Source: a virus
Length of the DNA: 34,791 bases
Direction: 5' to 3' (one strand)
Virus record (IMG/VR): IMGVR_UViG_3300045988_072765
In this document: positions 8,535-14,751 of the stretch, one piece after another
Numbering within the stretch: the stretch's first letter is position 1
Layout of the letters: the number at the start of each line of letters is the position of its first letter
Translations under genes and position numbers: made by a program
The notes under the pieces: generated by a model
What the model was told of the DNA's origin: nothing
Seen by the model: only the letters and a program-made list of their open reading frames with translations
The model's database searches: none

Positions 8535-8792
8535 ATGAACGCTGAGTACATCTACAACATTTTTGAGGTCACGGAGCGCAACCACGACCACGACCTGCTG
8601 ATCGGCATGGCCAAGCTGAAGGCGGCCAAGCCCCTGCCCGAGGGAATGGACGAGCGGACCCTGGGCAAGTTTTTGGGCAAGCACTACCACGAGCTGGTAG
8701 AGGCCTACGCCGCCCGGGATCTGGCGGTGATGGAGGAGGTCGTACTGGCCTGCGAGGCGCAGGACGCCGAGGACGCAAAGGAGGCGGAGTAA
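8535..8792 (+). CDS. Hypothetical protein (lysis region)
   Basis: 85-aa ORF tightly packed between neighbours. No recognisable motif. Confidence 0.55.
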   Translation: MNAEYIYNIFEVTERNHDHDLLIGMAKLKAAKPLPEGMDERTLGKFLGKHYHELVEAYAARDLAVMEEVVLACEAQDAEDAKEAE

Positions 8793-8793
8793 T

Positions 8794-9060
8794 ATGGATT
8801 TCGGAATTGTTTCTGTGGCGGCTATCACCGTCATCTGCTATCTGGTGGGCATGGTAGTCAAGGCCATCCCCCACATGGAGGACAAGTACATCCCCATCGC
8901 CTGCGGCCTGTGCGGGGCGGTGCTGGGCCCTGTGGGCCTGTATCTGGGACTGGACGGTTTCCCGGCCACGGACTACATGACCGCCGTGGCGGTAGGTATT
9001 GTCAGCGGTCTGGCGGCCACGGGCATCAACCAGGTGGGCAAGCAGCTGAGCAAGGAGTGA
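8794..9060 (+). CDS. Holin (Hol44-like)
   Basis: 88 aa with several hydrophobic segments and a charged C-terminus (GINQVGKQLSKE). Lies immediately upstream of the endolysin. Confidence 0.8.
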   Translation: MDFGIVSVAAITVICYLVGMVVKAIPHMEDKYIPIACGLCGAVLGPVGLYLGLDGFPATDYMTAVAVGIVSGLAATGINQVGKQLSKE

Positions 9061-9064
9061 TTGT

Positions 9065-10567
9065 ATGCTCAAAATCGCCATTGATGCGGGGCACTACAAG
9101 GGGACGCCGGGGCGGCGGTGTTTAGCCGCCCTGGATCCCAGCGAGACCCGGGAGTGGGAGCTTAACCGCCGGGTGGCAGACAAGCTGGAGGCGCTGCTGG
9201 CGGGGTACGACTGCCAGGTCCTCCGGGTAGACGACAGGACCGGGGACAAGCTGATCGACCTGGGGGACCGGGTGGCGGCGGCCAACGGCTGGCCCGCCGA
9301 CGTATATCTTAGCATCCACCACAACGCAGGTATCAAGGGCGGCAGCGGGGGCGGCTGCGTGGTATACACGGCCCCCGGCTGCCAGGTCAAAAGTAAGGCC
9401 CTCCAGCGGGCCGTTTACGGGGCCGTGGTGAGCCGGACGGGGCTGGTGGGCAACCGGGCCACCCCCATGGCGGAAAGCGGCCTGTACGTGCTCCGGCGGA
9501 CGAAAATGCCCGCTATTCTCATTGAGTGCGGGTTTATGGACAGCTCCACAGACGTGCCGGTGATCCTGGGGCCGTACTTCGCGGGGCAGGTGGCGGACGG
9601 GCTGCTGGCGGCTCTGGTGGAGGTGTTTAATTTGAGCGAGCGCAAGGAGGTGCGGGAGCGGATGAGCTATACCAAGAGGGGCGGGGCCCACATTGTGGAG
9701 GTGCCGGTCAGGGACTTCGCCGTCCGGCTGGTGGACAAGTCCAAAAAGACGGCGTACAGCGGCAACTACTGCAACGCCGGATTTTTTGGCAACTACAACG
9801 AAGGAAAAGACAAGTTTACCCTCCCCGTGGGCCACACGGTGGCCACCATGGCGACGGACAACAAGTGGGTCAACCACTACTGCGCCCAGCGGGGCAAGGT
9901 GTCCGGCGGCAAGCTGGTCTACGCGGAGCCGGGGCGGACGGAGACCACCCTGTTTGTCCGGGGCGGCAAGGCGGACATGGGGGAGCTGAGCGCACCCCCG
10001 GAGGGCTGCGCCTATGCCATTGCGGGCGTGCCCGTACTTCGTCAGGGCAAGGCGGTGAGCTGGGCCACGGCAAAGGCTCAGGGCTGGGAGGCGTCCTCTC
10101 TCTATGCTACATGGCACATCTTTGCCGGGTACGGCCAGGACCGGAGCAAGATCACGGTGGTGGCGCTCAGGACCACGACCGGCAACCTGATCTCCAGCGG
10201 CGAGGGGGCCAAAAAGCTGGCGGCCCTGGGGCTGCGGGAGGCCATCAAGCTGGACGGGGGCGGCAGCACCATCCTGCGGGTGAGTGGAAAGACCCCCGTA
10301 TGCACGGCGGGCAACCGGCGGATCTGCACGGTGCTGACTTTCGGGGGCAACCCCTACGCCGCCCCTACCAAGACACTGGCCAAGGGCAACCGTGGCGAGG
10401 GCGTGCGGTGGCTCCAGTGGGAACTCAATGACCGGGGCTTTGCCTGCGCCGTGGACGGCAGCTTTGGCCCTGGGACCAAGGAGGCCCTGATGGCCTATCA
10501 AGTGAGCGCGGGGCTGGTGCCGGACGGCAGCTGCGGGCCGGCGACCAGAAAGGCGCTGATGGGGTAA
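9065..10567 (+). CDS. Endolysin: N-acetylmuramoyl-L-alanine amidase (Amidase_3), phosphodiester-glycosidase-like (NAGPA/DUF2233-like) domain and PG_binding_1
   Basis: Three motif sets: N-terminal KIAIDAGH...LSIHHNAG; middle NAGFFGN...KLDGGGST; C-terminal GVRWLQWELN..G....DGSFGPGT..AL..YQ...GL..DG..GP.T..AL. Confidence 0.85.
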   Translation: MLKIAIDAGHYKGTPGRRCLAALDPSETREWELNRRVADKLEALLAGYDCQVLRVDDRTGDKLIDLGDRVAAANGWPADVYLSIHHNAGIKGGSGGGCVVYTAPGCQVKSKALQRAVYGAVVSRTGLVGNRATPMAESGLYVLRRTKMPAILIECGFMDSSTDVPVILGPYFAGQVADGLLAALVEVFNLSERKEVRERMSYTKRGGAHIVEVPVRDFAVRLVDKSKKTAYSGNYCNAGFFGNYNEGKDKFTLPVGHTVATMATDNKWVNHYCAQRGKVSGGKLVYAEPGRTETTLFVRGGKADMGELSAPPEGCAYAIAGVPVLRQGKAVSWATAKAQGWEASSLYATWHIFAGYGQDRSKITVVALRTTTGNLISSGEGAKKLAALGLREAIKLDGGGSTILRVSGKTPVCTAGNRRICTVLTFGGNPYAAPTKTLAKGNRGEGVRWLQWELNDRGFACAVDGSFGPGTKEALMAYQVSAGLVPDGSCGPATRKALMG

Positions 10568-10570
10568 AAA

Positions 10571-10605
10571 GAGAAGGCACACCGCTATGGTGTGTCCTCT
10601 TTTTT
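10571..10605. terminator. Bidirectional intrinsic terminator shared by the endolysin (+) and the convergent 169-aa gene (-)
   Basis: Imperfect hairpin GAGAAGGCACACC-gcta-TGGTGTGTCCTCT followed by TTTTTT on plus and by TCTCTTTTT on minus. The minus-gene stop codon lies in the loop. Confidence 0.65.
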
Positions 10606-11094
10606 GTTCTCCCAAGCCAACAGGCCCCACCCCTTATATGTGGATACAGGGGACGGCTTGCCATTGGCGCGGATCCGCTTGCCCTCGATCGACCGCTTGA
10701 TCTGGCGGAATCCGGAGGCTATCCGGTTCGCGTTTTCGTCCGTGGGCTCCATGCCAAAGTAGTCCTTTGCGTGCTGTCTGGCCCAGTCCAGCAGATTGAC
10801 CACGGTCATAATATTGCCATCTGGATCCACCAAATGCCATACCTTGGCCTCGCGGTTCTGAGGGCCGCGCTGACCCGCCGGGAGTTTCAGCGCCGCCGTT
10901 GTCCCGTTTTGGAGATTGCCGGTCTGCTCCGCTGCTTTGCGGGCGGACGCTTTGGCGGCCTGCGACCATTGGTTGTGCTTGCCCTGGTGGCTCTGAGATC
11001 TGCGCACATCGGAGCAGGCCTTGGAGCAGGTGATTTTGTCGTTGCTGGGGGCCGTGTTAAACTCTGCCCCACATACCACACAGCGCCGGATCAT
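10585..11094 (-). CDS. Zinc-ribbon protein (CVVCG...CSKAC) with an uncharacterised C-terminal domain; third gene of the accessory operon
   Basis: Start moved to the internal ATG (MIRRCVVCG...), which overlaps the upstream stop as ATGA at 11091-11094. The longer track ORF would overlap the HTH gene. Confidence 0.7.
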   Translation of the reverse strand: MIRRCVVCGAEFNTAPSNDKITCSKACSDVRRSQSHQGKHNQWSQAAKASARKAAEQTGNLQNGTTAALKLPAGQRGPQNREAKVWHLVDPDGNIMTVVNLLDWARQHAKDYFGMEPTDENANRIASGFRQIKRSIEGKRIRANGKPSPVSTYKGWGLLAWENKKEDTP

Positions 11095-11372
11095 ATCAGG
11101 TCCCGCGCATCCACGCCCAGGGCGTCGGCGATGGACAGGAGGTTTTTGGCCGTCAGGTTTCCGGCCTCTGCCTCGCCCAGCTCTACACGCTGGATCTGCC
11201 GGATATAGACGCCGGACTTTTCGGCGAGCTGAGCCTGGGTCATGCCCGCCATGCGGCGGGACCACTCCAGTTTTGTGATCGGACGGTTACGGCAGTCTCT
11301 GCCGTAGTTGACCAGCGAGCATAGGGTGCAGTCTCCGTCCTCCCGCTGACAATCTGCGTATTTCTTGCGCAT
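11091..11372 (-). CDS. XRE-family HTH regulator with an N-terminal 4-Cys cluster (Aca-like position)
   Basis: 93 aa. MTQAQLAEKSGVYIRQIQRVELGE is a classic XRE helix-turn-helix. GGGAGG RBS 6 nt before the ATG. Confidence 0.85.
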   Translation of the reverse strand: MRKKYADCQREDGDCTLCSLVNYGRDCRNRPITKLEWSRRMAGMTQAQLAEKSGVYIRQIQRVELGEAEAGNLTAKNLLSIADALGVDARDLI

Positions 11373-11384
11373 TGTGGGCCTCCC

Positions 11385-11711
11385 TTAGCAGATAATCTTG
11401 ACGACTTCGGCATCCCGGATGATGATCTCGCCGTCGTCCTCTCCATACTCCACATCATTGCCGCAGATGATAGCGACGTGATCGCCAAAGTAATTGTTGA
11501 CACCAAGACGGTCCAGCGTGCAAGCGCAGATCCCATCAAGTTCTACGCCGGTATCATCGCCGTCGTCCCAAACGTGGGAGTTGTGATCGATAGAGCCAAG
11601 CTCAAAGGGGACTTCCTGCACCCGGACGCCAATATAGTCATAATCATATCTCAGATCCATATCTTCTGCGGTCTGCTTAATGTTCTTAATCATTTCGGCG
11701 TTCATCAACAT
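11385..11711 (-). CDS. Small, strongly acidic protein (108 aa; 25 D/E against 7 K/R by my count); first gene of the accessory operon
   Basis: Start set at ATG 11711 (MLMNAEM...), preceded by AAGGAGG with an 8-nt spacer. Consensus promoter lies upstream. Confidence 0.75.
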   Translation of the reverse strand: MLMNAEMIKNIKQTAEDMDLRYDYDYIGVRVQEVPFELGSIDHNSHVWDDGDDTGVELDGICACTLDRLGVNNYFGDHVAIICGNDVEYGEDDGEIIIRDAEVVKIIC

Positions 11712-11756
11712 TTTCGTGTCCTCCTTGGGTCGTGCCCCTCTCTTGTTTACATGCCT

Positions 11757-11785
11757 ATTATACGCTAATAATAGCGTAAAGTCAA
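11757..11785 (-). promoter_or_regulatory. Near-consensus sigma70 promoter of the accessory operon, with an inverted repeat in the spacer
   Basis: On the minus strand: TTGACT (rc of 11780-11785), 17-nt spacer, TATAAT (rc of 11757-11762). The spacer contains ACGCTA-n4-TAGCGT. Confidence 0.75.
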
Positions 11786-11852
11786 GATGAAATTGCAAAA
11801 TAAATGAATAGTTTTGTGGGGCGGGAGTATCGGCATGAATTGTCCTTGATTT

Positions 11853-11888
11853 ATCCGCAATTTCATCCGTAATTTCATCCGTAATTTC
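11853..11888. repeat. Three tandem 12-bp units (ATCCGCAATTTC, ATCCGTAATTTC x2); candidate integrase arm-type sites (P' arm)
   Basis: Read directly. The same unit occurs twice at 12086-12109 on the other side of the tRNA-like core. Confidence 0.6.
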
Positions 11889-11970
11889 TGCGCAAAATTC
11901 GCAAAAGCTGGGCAAGAAAAGAGAAGAAGAAACAGGATAAGCGAACGACCGAAAGCCTTGGGAGAGTAAG

Positions 11971-12005
11971 AAAAACCCAGCAGTTATTGAAACTGCTGGG
12001 TTTTA
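11971..12005. terminator. Intrinsic terminator hairpin directly downstream (minus strand) of the tRNA 3'-end mimic
   Basis: ACCCAGCAG-ttattgaaa-CTGCTGGGT, flanked by A5 on one side and T4 on the other. On the minus strand it is followed by TTTTT. Confidence 0.8.
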
Positions 12006-12010
12006 CATTT

Positions 12011-12039
12011 TGGCGCAGAAGGAGGGATTCGAACCCTCC
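12011..12039 (-). other. attP core candidate: 3' portion of a tRNA gene (T-arm, acceptor 3' strand and CCA), not a complete tRNA
   Basis: The minus strand reads GGAGGGTTCGAATCCCTCCTTCTGCGCCA: T-stem GAGGG/CCCTC, T-loop TTCGAAT, acceptor CTTCTGC, discriminator G, CCA. The matching 5' acceptor GCAGAAG is absent upstream. Confidence 0.75.
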
Positions 12040-12076
12040 AAAAAAGTCTCTAAACCCCTTGTGGGAGTAGGGGCAT

Positions 12077-13120
12077 TTATTTTTTATCCGTAATTTCATC
12101 CGTAATTTTTCCCGCAAAAAAACTATTGATGGCGGTATCTGCTGCGGACTTTTGACTCTCAAACACATAGGAGTAAGTCTGGCGGTAGGTGGACTCGCAG
12201 GCCCAGCCGCCGCGCTCCATGGCGTGCCGGTCATCCACGCCCAGGGTTTTCATCACGGCGGCGTTTGTGTGACGCAGTCCGTGGACTGTGGTATCGGTTA
12301 TCCCGGCCCGCTGACAGGCCCGGTGGACGTGCTTGCGGACGGTCTCCGGATTGACGCCAAAAAGCCGCCCGTCTTTCCGGCGGGGCAGGGCCCGGATCTT
12401 GTCCATGATATAGTCGGGACAATCCACTGTGCGCTGACTGTATGTATTTTTTGCCACCTCTTTGAGTACCCAGTGGTTATCCTCGTCCGGGACCACGGTG
12501 CGGCGGACATGGATCAAGCTGCGGTCCAGGTCCACGCAGTCCCAGCAAAGGCCCAGGATCTCCGAGCGGCGCATCCCCAGCCAGACGGCCAGGAGAATTG
12601 GCACCTCGCAGCTGTCCCCCTCTATGGCCTGGATCAGCTTGCCGATGTCCTCCGGCTGGAGGTACTGCTTGACCGGCTTGACCACCTGGGGCAATCGGAC
12701 GCCAAAAACATCGATTCCGCACTCCTTGAGCACGGGGCGGATCAGGCCGTAGGCATTGGCCACGGTCTTGGCAGAGACCAGCTGGGCCTCCTGATTGACG
12801 GCCCGCTGAACGTGGGCTTTGGTGATCTGGTGGACGTCGCACTGCATAAGCTGGGCAAAGCGGTGCTTTTGGGTGGTGCGGTAGCCCCGTATAGTGGCGG
12901 GAGACAGGACAGCGGCCTTGCTGGTGATATACTCCTTGATGGCCTGGTTTAGCGTCATGCGCTCCGGCGCGTGCTCTATCTTGGCCCCGGCCTTGACGGC
13001 TGCGGCCTGCTGCTCCGCTTCTTTTTTGGTGGGGGCGGTGATGGAGATCCTCTCCCCTGCCACCATCATGTATATGTTCCAGCTCCCGGAGGGGAGCTTT
13101 TTTGCCTTGGGTATTTTCAT
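12077..13120 (-). CDS. int: Tyrosine recombinase / phage integrase
   Basis: 347 aa with the catalytic signature LGMRRSE ... HGLRHT ... GGW ... YSY. AGGAGGA RBS. Adjacent to the tRNA-like attP. Confidence 0.93.
   Translation of the reverse strand: MKIPKAKKLPSGSWNIYMMVAGERISITAPTKKEAEQQAAAVKAGAKIEHAPERMTLNQAIKEYITSKAAVLSPATIRGYRTTQKHRFAQLMQCDVHQITKAHVQRAVNQEAQLVSAKTVANAYGLIRPVLKECGIDVFGVRLPQVVKPVKQYLQPEDIGKLIQAIEGDSCEVPILLAVWLGMRRSEILGLCWDCVDLDRSLIHVRRTVVPDEDNHWVLKEVAKNTYSQRTVDCPDYIMDKIRALPRRKDGRLFGVNPETVRKHVHRACQRAGITDTTVHGLRHTNAAVMKTLGVDDRHAMERGGWACESTYRQTYSYVFESQKSAADTAINSFFAGKITDEITDKK
12086..12109. repeat. Two tandem 12-bp units (ATCCGTAATTTC, ATCCGTAATTTT) inside the integrase 3' end; candidate arm-type sites (P arm)
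   Basis: Same unit as 11853-11888. Here it encodes the integrase C-terminus ...KITDEITDKK. Confidence 0.6.
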
Positions 13121-13151
13121 GGGGTCCTCCTGCTCCGCAAACTGGCGGAGC

Positions 13152-13589
13152 TTAGCCGATACACTTAGAGCAAGGGGTCAGGCCCATGCCGATGGCAGTA
13201 TCCAGAGGGACGGGCCAATAAGTGCCGCCGTTACAATGGGGGTCATTGTGATATTTGGAGCCGGTACGGGTGATATAGGTCTGCTTTGCGGCGGCGGGGG
13301 CCTCCGGAGCCGTCAGGCTGACAGTCTGGGTGGCGCCGTCCCACTGGACCGTATAGCCCACAAGTTTGGCCACATTGGCCACGGGCAAATAAGTGGTGCC
13401 GTTGATAATAAAAGGCTCTGTGGGCGCTCCGGTGGAGTCGGTGATCTGGACAAGCTCCCCGTCTACCTTGAGCGAGATCCCATTAAAATACAAGGTCTCT
13501 GTGCGGGCGGATCCGGTGGCCAGAGCCGCGCCGGTGAGGGACGCGGCGAGGGCACATCCGGCAAAAATCGCTTTCCAATTCTTTTTCAT
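13152..13589 (-). CDS. Secreted protein or lipoprotein: copper-amine-oxidase-N-like stalk domain plus a C-terminal YH/Cys motif domain
   Basis: Start set at MKKNWKAIFAGCALAA (signal peptide with a possible lipobox FAGC) with GGAGAG RBS. INGTTYLPVANVAKLVGYTVQWDGATQTVSL is typical of the Cu_amine_oxidN1-type domain. The C-terminus reads GSKYHNDPHC...PCSKC. Confidence 0.75.
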   Translation of the reverse strand: MKKNWKAIFAGCALAASLTGAALATGSARTETLYFNGISLKVDGELVQITDSTGAPTEPFIINGTTYLPVANVAKLVGYTVQWDGATQTVSLTAPEAPAAAKQTYITRTGSKYHNDPHCNGGTYWPVPLDTAIGMGLTPCSKCIG

Positions 13590-13634
13590 AACGCTATCTC
13601 TCCATTCTGTCTCAAAAATTGACACTATCTGTAC

Positions 13635-13663
13635 TTGACAAACTGAAACAAGTGTTCTATTAT
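13635..13663 (+). promoter_or_regulatory. Sigma70-type promoter firing antisense into the repressor gene
   Basis: TTGACA (13635-13640), exactly 17 nt, TATTAT (13658-13663). The palindrome GTTCTATTATAGAAC (13654-13668) overlaps the -10. Confidence 0.65.
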
Positions 13664-13693
13664 AGAACGTACCACGACAAAGGAGGCTGTGGC

Positions 13694-13819
13694 ATGGACA
13701 CAGAGACAGAGTTGATCCTTATTCTTTCCCGCCTGACCCCAGCCCAGCTTGACCTTTTTCGATCTGCCGCGCGACAGATAGCAAAGCAGATGCAAGGGCA
13801 GGGTTCTGACGACAAATAG
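13694..13819 (+). CDS. Possible 41-aa ORF (MDTETELILILSRLTPAQLDLFRSAARQIAKQMQGQGSDDK) antisense to the repressor 3' end
   Basis: AAAGGAGG RBS 8 nt upstream of the ATG. Has its own promoter and terminator. It overlaps 101 nt of the repressor ORF, so it may instead be a noncoding antisense RNA. Confidence 0.35.
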   Translation: MDTETELILILSRLTPAQLDLFRSAARQIAKQMQGQGSDDK

Positions 13820-14096
13820 ACAACAGCTGTTGGATGTCCTCCGGTAAATCATTTTCGAGCGCTTCGCCGTTTTCGGCGGGGCGCTCTTTTTTTATGTCTC
13901 CCGGTCCGGCCCCAGTCAAAAGATATTCGACAGAGACAGCGAAATGATCTGCAATCTTTTGCAACGTTTTAGGCCGTGGTGTCCCGCCCTGCCGCCATTG
14001 GGTGACAGACGAGGACGGCAGCCCCAACTCTTTTGCAACGCCATTGGGCGTTTTCCCCACTGCCTTGCAGAGGCCCGAGTATTGGTCAAAAAACAT
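13719..14096 (-). CDS. cI-like repressor (XRE-family HTH)
   Basis: 125 aa with an N-terminal HTH (GKTPNGVAKELGLPSSSVTQWRQGG). Divergent from the Cro-like gene. Same strand as the lipoprotein and integrase genes. Confidence 0.8.
   Translation of the reverse strand: MFFDQYSGLCKAVGKTPNGVAKELGLPSSSVTQWRQGGTPRPKTLQKIADHFAVSVEYLLTGAGPGDIKKERPAENGEALENDLPEDIQQLLSICRQNPALASALLSVARQIEKGQAGLGSGGKE
13857..13893 (+). terminator. Strong plus-strand intrinsic terminator embedded in the repressor coding sequence
   Basis: GAGCGC-TT-CGCCG-TTTT-CGGCG-GG-GCGCTC followed by TTTTTTT. In the minus orientation no U-run follows. Confidence 0.75.
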
Positions 14097-14310
14097 AAAA
14101 GCAACCTCATTTTTTTAGCTAAAACGAAAAACCTAAGAATTATGAGATAAACACATTGACAACCTCGTGATTATGAAGTATTATTATCTCGTAAACCTGA
14201 GATATGCTTAGCATATTACGGGCGCAAAATAACACAATCTCATAATACAAGCGCCCCTGTGGTTTGTCAATAATAAAAACTCATACCTATGAGGAAAAGG
14301 AGGCTGAAAT
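14097..14310. promoter_or_regulatory. Lysis-lysogeny switch region with divergent promoters and repeated operator half-sites
   Basis: Plus-strand promoter TTGACA (14156-14161), 17 nt, TATTAT (14179-14184). Half-site TATGAG/CTCATA occurs at 14141, 14239, 14280 and 14288, with TATGAA at 14172. Palindromes are CTCATA-cc-TATGAG (14280-14293), TATCTC-n8-GAGATA (14185-14204) and ATATGCT-t-AGCATAT (14202-14216). Confidence 0.75.
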
Positions 14311-14514
14311 ATGAGTTTTTCTGTCGCCCGGGAAAAGGCCGGGCTGAGCCAGACTGAGGTAGCCAAGGCGCTGGGGGTCAATCAGGCCTCCGTGTCCTAC
14401 TGGGAGAGCGGCAAGACCCAGCCCCGCAGCGCACAGCTGCCGAAAATCGCCAAGCTCTACGGCGTGACCGTGGACGAGCTGCTGAGGGAGGACGAGCAAA
14501 ATGCCGAAAGTTAA
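14311..14514 (+). CDS. Cro-like XRE HTH regulator
   Basis: 67 aa. LSQTEVAKALGVNQASVSYWESGK. AAGGAGG RBS. Divergent from the repressor. Confidence 0.88.
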   Translation: MSFSVAREKAGLSQTEVAKALGVNQASVSYWESGKTQPRSAQLPKIAKLYGVTVDELLREDEQNAES

Positions 14515-14749
14515 ACTGGTTCGGGATGCGCAGGCGGAGCGCTGCAAGACGATCCGCACGATCATCAAGGCCAAGCAGGCCCAGCGGGACATCAAGACCC
14601 AGTCGGATCTGGCCGTGGCCTGCGGGATCTACCCCACGACGTTTTCTTACAAACTCCGCAACGGGGCGTGGACCTGCGACGACATCCGGGCGCTGGACAA
14701 GGTGCTGCGGTTTTCAGGGGACGAGATCGTCCAGATCGTGAGGTGCTGA
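14501..14749 (+). CDS. DUF739-like small HTH protein
   Basis: 82 aa. KTQSDLAVACGIYPTTFSYKLRNGAWTCDDIRAL fits the DUF739 phage HTH pattern (recalled from memory). Confidence 0.6.
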   Translation: MPKVKLVRDAQAERCKTIRTIIKAKQAQRDIKTQSDLAVACGIYPTTFSYKLRNGAWTCDDIRALDKVLRFSGDEIVQIVRC

Positions 14750-14751
14750 CC

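Noticed and set aside
11095-11265. N-terminal 57-aa extension of the track ORF 10585-11265.
   Set aside because: The extension (MVPPHGGHDPGSARRK...) is Arg/Pro/Gly-rich and overlaps the HTH gene in another frame. The internal ATG at 11094 gives a classic ATGA stop/start overlap and begins the zinc-ribbon motif.
11853-11888. The tandem 12-bp repeats as a CRISPR array or minisatellite.
   Set aside because: The units are contiguous with no spacers, only 12 bp long and only 3+2 copies. Their placement on both sides of the tRNA-like core fits integrase arm sites better.
11712-11915. Upstream extension of ORF 11385-11915, which would include EITDEITDEIADK encoded by the 12-bp repeats.
   Set aside because: The extension would run through the consensus promoter and the AT-rich attP arm. 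The internal start at 11711 has an AAGGAGG RBS at ideal spacing.
12011-12100. A complete tRNA gene on the minus strand.
   Set aside because: Only the T-arm, acceptor 3' strand and CCA are present. The complementary 5' acceptor GCAGAAG and a D-arm or anticodon arm could not be found in the 90 nt upstream, which instead encode the integrase C-terminus.
12152-12952. 266-aa plus-strand ORF opposite the integrase. The plus-strand ORF at 12894-13622 opposite the lipoprotein gene is a similar case.
   Set aside because: These lie antisense to genes with unambiguous catalytic or signal-peptide motifs. They have no RBS and a low-complexity composition.
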